Origin: an uncultured Methanosarcinaceae archaeon
GTDB lineage: Archaea; Halobacteriota; Methanosarcinia; Methanosarcinales; Methanosarcinaceae
Direction of reading: 5' to 3'
Assembly (NCBI GenBank): GCA_963727895.1
Contig: CAVSHT010000008.1
Coordinates: 160,001 to 224,000 of the forward strand
Length of the DNA: 64,000 bases
The stretch's first letter is position 1, and each line of letters starts with the position of its first letter. The translations under genes and the position numbers were made by a program. The notes under the pieces were generated by a model. It was not told where the DNA came from. It saw nothing but the letters and a program-made list of their open reading frames with translations, and searched no databases. Positions 58,212 to 64,000 of this stretch are shown one piece after another.

Positions 58212-58953
58212 GGCATTGTTACTTAAATATATCTAGTTCTTTATTTCTGTATTTCATCAATAGAATAACCGAGTACTTTAGCATTTCAAGACTCTTCGTA
58301 TAACACTTTGTCTTTCTTCTCAATCTTGCCAGAAAGTGCCTCAATATGCTGTTATATCTCCTTCAACAGTATACGTTTCTGCTTTTGATTGAGTATGGAT
58401 CTTTTCTGGAAGAAACTCTGCATATGCTCTCCAGTGATCTGTCATCACTTCTCCAATCTCTTTTTTCTTCAATTTTTCCCAGAGTAGTTTTCCAGTTTCC
58501 GTTCCTCTGCTACCAAAAGAGCAGTTGATGAACTTTTTCCCAACTCTATCAACAGCAATCCAGATCCAGCAATATTTTTTTTGTTACCGATGTAAGTGTG
58601 CATTTCATCCATTTCAACAATAGATATCTCATTTTCACTTTTTAGGTCCTCTAACTCCTGACCAAATTTCTTGATCCATCTTTGGACAGAAACATGACTC
58701 ACCCCTAAAAATCGTCCTATTGAGCGAAAACCCAATACTTCAAGGTAAAGTTGTAAAGCCTGTCTTTTAACAGAAGTGGAAAAAGCAGTTGATTTTAGCT
58801 CTACTGTATAGTTATATCCACAATCATGGCATTTGTAGCGTTGACGCCCACCAACTATACCATTCTTTTTGTGACTGGAACTATTGCATCTGGGGCAGTT
58901 AATGAAGAAATATACTTTCTAATAGTATATAACTATGTTTAAGTATCAATGCC
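58212..58953 (-). mobile_element. IS1-family element copy 3 (ATT at start position, 2-bp insertion in insB)
   Basis: TIRs GGCATTGTTAC/GGCATTGATAC; near-identical to copy 4; no direct TSD. Confidence 0.92.
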
Positions 58954-59153
58954 TAATAGAATTATAAGACATAGAAAACTTCGTACATACCGCAAATGAA
59001 GGCCAGCTCAAAGCCTTCGGATTCCTGGGACAGTGGATGGCAGAATCCACTCCCAGATCTGTACCTGTGTCTCAAAGTGCAACCAGAACTGTGAACTTGT
59101 AAAGGCACTCGGTGGAGCACTTCAGGCTGCTGGACAAAAACTTCAGGAACAGT
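58954..59153 (+). pseudogene. 5'-truncated small Cys-containing gene abutting IS1
   Basis: DIENFVHTANEGQLKAFGFLGQWMAESTP then shifted CTCVSKCNQNCELVKALGGALQAAGQKLQEQ*; no start after the IS end. Confidence 0.6.
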
Positions 59154-59341
59154 AAGTAAGATAAACAAATAGATAATTAGAATTATATTTGGATCTATTG
59201 TTCTTTCATTTTTCATTTTTTCGTTGATTATCAGTGGTTTCAATTTCCAAAATTTATCCTATGCTAGCCAAAAACAATGCTGAAGTTATTATATAATCCA
59301 GTAGACATATTTAAATCAAAGTCAAATAAGAGGAATTCAAG

Positions 59342-59779
59342 ATGGAACCAACAAAGTCCGAAAGGGAAAACTTCTGGAACGCAAAAACCTATACTTTTGT
59401 CACCGATCATACAAAGCCTGCAATGAAGTGGGCTATATCTGAGCTTAAAAATCGGGGTAAAACTGTCTATGTAATTGATATCTCTGACAAGCCAGAATCT
59501 GGTTCTTTAAGAAAAGTGTCCGAACTTCCAGCCGGTCCCGACCGAGCTGTTCTGGGCATCACAAAAACTGACCCTGGAGATCTAATTCCTTCCCTGAAAG
59601 AAAAAGGTATAACCAAAATATGGATCCACTGGAGAACAGAAACTGAAAAAGCTCTGTCAACCTGCAAGGCTGAAAGCCTAGAATGCATGACAGAACATTG
59701 TCCAATGATGTATCTCGGAAGCGGGTTAAGTATACATGGAGTGCACAGGGCAATTGCAAAGATGACAGGAAAATATTGA
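59342..59779 (+). CDS. CoA-binding-like Rossmann protein
   Basis: ELKNRGKTVY, GITKIWIH, HCPMMY..IHGVHR pattern; GAGG SD. Confidence 0.7.
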   Translation: MEPTKSERENFWNAKTYTFVTDHTKPAMKWAISELKNRGKTVYVIDISDKPESGSLRKVSELPAGPDRAVLGITKTDPGDLIPSLKEKGITKIWIHWRTETEKALSTCKAESLECMTEHCPMMYLGSGLSIHGVHRAIAKMTGKY

Positions 59780-59800
59780 AGAGACCTGACAATCTAAGTC

Positions 59801-61105
59801 TTATCTCCTCCAGCTTCTTTCCATTTTCTCATATAGGCCAAGCAAATTATTTCGTGTGATTTTAAAATATGGATGATCTGGCCCGTACTCTTTTTCGATT
59901 ATGTCAAGGGCTTTTTCGTAAAGATTGATCGCGGTTTCATATTCACCCATGCTTTCATGCAGGCCTGCAAGGTTATTCAGAGTTGTGCCAACATCAGGGT
60001 GGACAGGGCCAAGGGTTGTTTCGTAAATCTTGAGAGCACGGGTATAGAGGGGAAGCGCTTTTTTGTTTTGACCCATGATTCGATAAAGTTCACCCAAATT
60101 GTTCAGTGTCTTAGCAACATCGGGATGATCAGGACCCAGGACACGTTCCCGAATTTCAAGCGCTTTCGTGTAGAGTTCCAGGGCTTTTTCATGGCGGCCT
60201 TTCTGGACGTATACGCCTGCAAGGTTATTCAGAGTCGTGGCAAAACCTGCGTGTTCAGTTTTTCCAAATTTTCCCATAATTTCCAGAGAACGGGTATAGA
60301 GGATCATAGCTTTCTCATACCTTGTAGTCTGGAAATAAAGTAAAGCAAGGTTGTTCAGGGTCTGTGCCACCTGCGGGTGTTCCAGACCATATACTTTTTC
60401 CTGAAGCTCTAAAGCCTGTCCATATATATCTTCAGCTTCGTCAAGTTTTCCAACTTCCGAAAGCAATACACCCAGATTGTTTAGAGTTCCAGCTCTGTAT
60501 CCCATAACTGCTCGGTTATCAGGTTCCTGCTCCTGAAGCTTTTCCAAAAGTTTGAGAGCTTTCCTGAATTGTTCTTCAGCCTTTTCAGGTTTTTCTAAAC
60601 CTTTATAAAAAAAGGCCAATCGATTCAGAGTTCTGATAGCTCCGAGATTTTTTGAGCTCAAAAATTTTTTCTGGATCTCAAGCGCGCGGGTGTAGAATGA
60701 GATGGCTTCTTCACGCTGCTCCATCAAAGAATAAAGAATCCCAAGCTCACTGAGTGTATCTCCAGTCTCAGGACGGGGTTTTTCAGGGAGATTTTCACGA
60801 ATCTTCAAAGCCCTTGAAAAAAGCCTGAGAGCTTCTTCATAATTTCCCATATAGCGATAGATTCCTCCAAGCCCATTCAACACAGATACGGTTTCAGGGC
60901 TTTCAGGTTTAGGTTTTTTTTCAACAATACTTAGAAGTTCTTCATATATGGGCAAGAGAATTTGCCATGCTAATGATCTATAAAAGGGCTCGGCTTTAAC
61001 TATGAACCAGCTTACCAGTTCTTCAGGTCCAAAAATTTCTTTTGCATATGCAAAAGCTTCCTTTAAATCGATCTCATTATCAGAGTTTATAAGCTCTGGA
61101 TCCAA
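59801..61105 (-). CDS. Tetratricopeptide repeat protein (42-aa TPR_12 type)
   Basis: repeated HP.VA.TLNNL..LY...A..LY.RAL.I; frame open ~40 codons further upstream. Confidence 0.92.
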   Translation of the reverse strand: MDPELINSDNEIDLKEAFAYAKEIFGPEELVSWFIVKAEPFYRSLAWQILLPIYEELLSIVEKKPKPESPETVSVLNGLGGIYRYMGNYEEALRLFSRALKIRENLPEKPRPETGDTLSELGILYSLMEQREEAISFYTRALEIQKKFLSSKNLGAIRTLNRLAFFYKGLEKPEKAEEQFRKALKLLEKLQEQEPDNRAVMGYRAGTLNNLGVLLSEVGKLDEAEDIYGQALELQEKVYGLEHPQVAQTLNNLALLYFQTTRYEKAMILYTRSLEIMGKFGKTEHAGFATTLNNLAGVYVQKGRHEKALELYTKALEIRERVLGPDHPDVAKTLNNLGELYRIMGQNKKALPLYTRALKIYETTLGPVHPDVGTTLNNLAGLHESMGEYETAINLYEKALDIIEKEYGPDHPYFKITRNNLLGLYEKMERSWRR

Positions 61106-61390
61106 ATCTTTAAACCTCAGTTCGTATCTTTCAACCAGAGTTTTGTATTTTTGTGCTTTCGTTTTTGTTTCATTTTCTAGTTTTTCATCTTCAGTTTCAA
61201 TATAGTTATTTCTGGAATTAATAATAATTTACTCCTCCCAAATGAAAAGCAGAAACACAAAGATCTTTATCTGATGACTTAACTATTTTTCATTTAAATA
61301 TTTTTCAAAATTTCGTTGTTATTCAATAAACATGTTTAATTATATACCTTAAAACATTTATGTGATTTCCTTTAAACAATAAAAATTCAC

Positions 61391-62130
61391 GGCTTTGATA
61401 CTTAAACATAGTTATATACTATTAGAAAGTATATTTCTTCATTAACTGCCCCAGATGCAATAGTTCCAGTCACAAAAAAAATGGTATAGTTGGTGGGCGT
61501 CAACGCTACAAATGCCATGATTGTGGATATAACTATACAGTAGAGCTAAAATCAACTGCTTTTTCCACTTCTGTTAAAAGACAGGCTTTACAACTCTATC
61601 TTGAAGGATTGGGTTTTCGCTCAATAGGACGATTTTTAGGGGTAAGTCATGTTTCTGTCCAAAGATGGATCAAGAAATTTGGTCAGGAGTTAGAGAACCT
61701 AAAAAGTGAAAATGAGATATCTATTGTTGAAATGGATGAAATGCACACTTACATAGGTAACAAAAAAAAATATTGCTGGATCTGGATTGCTGTTGATAGA
61801 GTTGGGAAAAAGTTCATCAACTGCTCTTTTGGCAGCAGAGGAACGAAAACTGGAAAACTACTCTGGGAAAAATTGAAGAAAAAAGAGATTGGAGAAGTGA
61901 TGACAGATCACTGGAGGGCATATGCAGAGTTTCTTCCAGAAAAGAGTCATACTCAATCCAAAGCAAAAACGTATACTGTTGAAGGATATAACAGCATATT
62001 GAGGCATTTTTTAGCAAGGTTGAGAAGAAAGACAAAGTGTTATACGAAGAGTCTTGAAATGCTAAGTACTCGGTTATTCTATTGATGAAATACAGAAATA
62101 AAGAACTAGATATATTTAAGTAACAATGCC
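61391..62130 (+). mobile_element. IS1-family element copy 4 (ATT start, A9 fusing insA-insB, 3' frameshift)
   Basis: TIRs GGCTTTGATAC/GTAACAATGCC; ORF 61609-62085 reads NKKKYCWIWIAVDR without shift. Confidence 0.93.
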
Positions 62131-62144
62131 AAAGAAAATTTTAA

Positions 62145-62181
62145 AAATTATATACATAAAATTAAGGATTTATACAAGGTC
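62145..62181 (+). mobile_element. IS5-type right-end remnant
   Basis: ACATAAAATTAAGGATTTATACAAGGTC resembles 53237-53264. Confidence 0.5.
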
Positions 62182-62313
62182 ATTTTCTGGACAATTTTTT
62201 GATATAATACTGATCTTAAAAGTAAATGAATTCGAAAGGTTTGATAGGCTTCAATTTCTGGAATTTAAACTTTAGCTAGTTTCCAGAACAGACAATTTTT
62301 CACTGCTATTTTC

Positions 62314-64000
62314 TTATTCCTCACCTGGTTCGGACACGGACCAGTAATCTGGATCCTGATTTCTCTGATCCTTGTTAGGCTGAAGAGTATAGTTGATGCT
62401 ATTATTTTCTGTGTTGTTATCCAGTTTCTGGAAAACTCCTGAAAAAGTCGCCTCCGTTTTATTTGTACTTACATTTATTGATACGTTTTCTCCTCCTTTA
62501 TACCACCTTGAAGGAAGAGAGTAGTTCAAAGTGCTGTCATACGTTTCAGGAAGGAAGAATCGTGTTCCTCTTTTCTGCAGGGCATCCTCAAAACCTGGAT
62601 CAATCTCATCGAGTTTAGCCTTGCATACAGCAGCCTCATCTACTTTTTTTATGCTATAAAGGGCAAAACGTTTGTTGTAAAGAATTGAAGAAGAATTGGG
62701 GTCAATTTCAAGAGCTTTGTCATAACATGAAATTGCTTCTTCAGTATCTCCCATCATATTGAGAATATACCCCTTGTTATACCATGCAGTGATACAGTTA
62801 GGTTTAATCTGTACCGTTTTATTGAAGCAATTCAGAGCCGCCTTATTACTGCTTATTGCAAGATAAGTGCATCCCTGAAAGTACAAAGTTGTAACATTAT
62901 CTGGGTTATACTCAAGGGCCTTATTGTAACAGTCTATTGCTTGCTGATATCTCTTTAGCTTGTAGAGCGTAAAGCCTTTATTGTTATAGGCATCCACATT
63001 TCTTGGATCTAGCTCAATAATTTTATCGTAGCAGCGTATTGAACCTTCAAGATCTCCGCCCTTCTCAAAAGCTTTTCCCTGCCTGTAAAGTATCTCCCTA
63101 TTGCCCGGCGAAATTTTAAGCATTATTTCATAGCATGCAGAAGCCTCTTTATACCTGCTAAGTCCTTCAAATAAAGAGGCTTTCTGATATAAGATCTCGG
63201 AATTTCCAGGCTGAATCTTAAGAATTCTATCATAATCTGCCAGAGCGTCATTGGATCTATTGGACTTCGATAAAGCAAGAGCCCGGCTCTTTAAAGCTTC
63301 AAGGTTTTCAGGTTCAATATTGAGGAGAGTGTTATAACATGAGATTGCCTCCTCATACCTGCTCATATTCGAAAGAGCAAGACCTTTTCCAAGAAGAGCT
63401 TCTGAGTCACTGGCATTTATAGCAAGTGCCTTATTATAGTAACTGACTGCTTCTTCGAGTTTTCCAAGGTCACCAATTGTAGAAGCAATTCCATATAAAG
63501 TCGTACTTGACCGTGGATCCAGATCCAAGGCGTTTTTATAGCACTCAAGAGCTTCCTCGCTTCTGTTGAGCCTTTCAAGAACAGAACCCTTTTCATACCA
63601 GGCTTTGGCACTTGAAGAATTTATTGTAAGTACTTTGTCATAACAGGAAAGAGCATCCTCGTACATTTTGAGTTTATTATATATCAAGGCTTTCCCATAC
63701 CATGCCGCATCAGAACTTAATTCAGGACTAAATAAGTTTAGATTTTTAGAAGTGTCGGAGCCTTTATCTGAATTCGCATATTTAGCATTCAGAAGATAAG
63801 GCCAAAAACCTCCAGAAAGTGCTCTAGCAGGATTTGTATCTATACTATTATTCATAACAGAATCAGATGCCGATTTTTCTGTTGAATTTTTTTCCATGCT
63901 TTTGTTCAACTTAATACTGGCAGCAGAGTACTCAGGATTGAGCAGAAGAGTCTGATTATAACAGATTGAAGCGTCATCATGTTTACCAAGTTCATCAAGA
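62314..64000 (-). CDS. TPR-repeat protein, 5' end beyond window
   Basis: many AWY.KG..L...EEA..CYDKAL.IDP repeats; frame appears open to the window edge. Confidence 0.88.
   Translation of the reverse strand, partial: LDELGKHDDASICYNQTLLLNPEYSAASIKLNKSMEKNSTEKSASDSVMNNSIDTNPARALSGGFWPYLLNAKYANSDKGSDTSKNLNLFSPELSSDAAWYGKALIYNKLKMYEDALSCYDKVLTINSSSAKAWYEKGSVLERLNRSEEALECYKNALDLDPRSSTTLYGIASTIGDLGKLEEAVSYYNKALAINASDSEALLGKGLALSNMSRYEEAISCYNTLLNIEPENLEALKSRALALSKSNRSNDALADYDRILKIQPGNSEILYQKASLFEGLSRYKEASACYEIMLKISPGNREILYRQGKAFEKGGDLEGSIRCYDKIIELDPRNVDAYNNKGFTLYKLKRYQQAIDCYNKALEYNPDNVTTLYFQGCTYLAISSNKAALNCFNKTVQIKPNCITAWYNKGYILNMMGDTEEAISCYDKALEIDPNSSSILYNKRFALYSIKKVDEAAVCKAKLDEIDPGFEDALQKRGTRFFLPETYDSTLNYSLPSRWYKGGENVSINVSTNKTEATFSGVFQKLDNNTENNSINYTLQPNKDQRNQDPDYWSVSEPGEE

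Overview
AT-rich archaeal chromosomal window whose gene content and IS types point to a Methanosarcina-like methanogen (inference from recognisable proteins, not from a search). Intact housekeeping genes include cca, ACT+hom, lig, engB, gatD, argH, AMP phosphorylase, aTrm56 and copZ/copA. They are interspersed with a heavy load of decayed accessory genes: DUF1638, cooC-like, flavin reductase, flippase, matrixin, YqhA, sulfatase maturase/arylsulfatase and MscS. Many insertion sequences are present: four IS1 copies, a mini-IS1, IS1634, IS21 and IS5 remnants, IS6 and an IS5-type MITE. The most notable hidden structure is a 1046-bp transposase-less cassette (29611-30656) with 33-bp terminal inverted repeats and an exact 8-bp target-site duplication, carrying a passenger gene that the ORF track mostly misses. 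Other points are a large gene split by IS21, a nonsense codon and IS1634; an intact PAP2/glycosyltransferase/flippase-like lipid-modification operon; a membrane-anchored wHTH regulator facing exported proteins; an in-frame amber codon in a CooC-like gene; and an unlisted 44-aa charged microprotein. No rRNA, tRNA or CRISPR array was seen.
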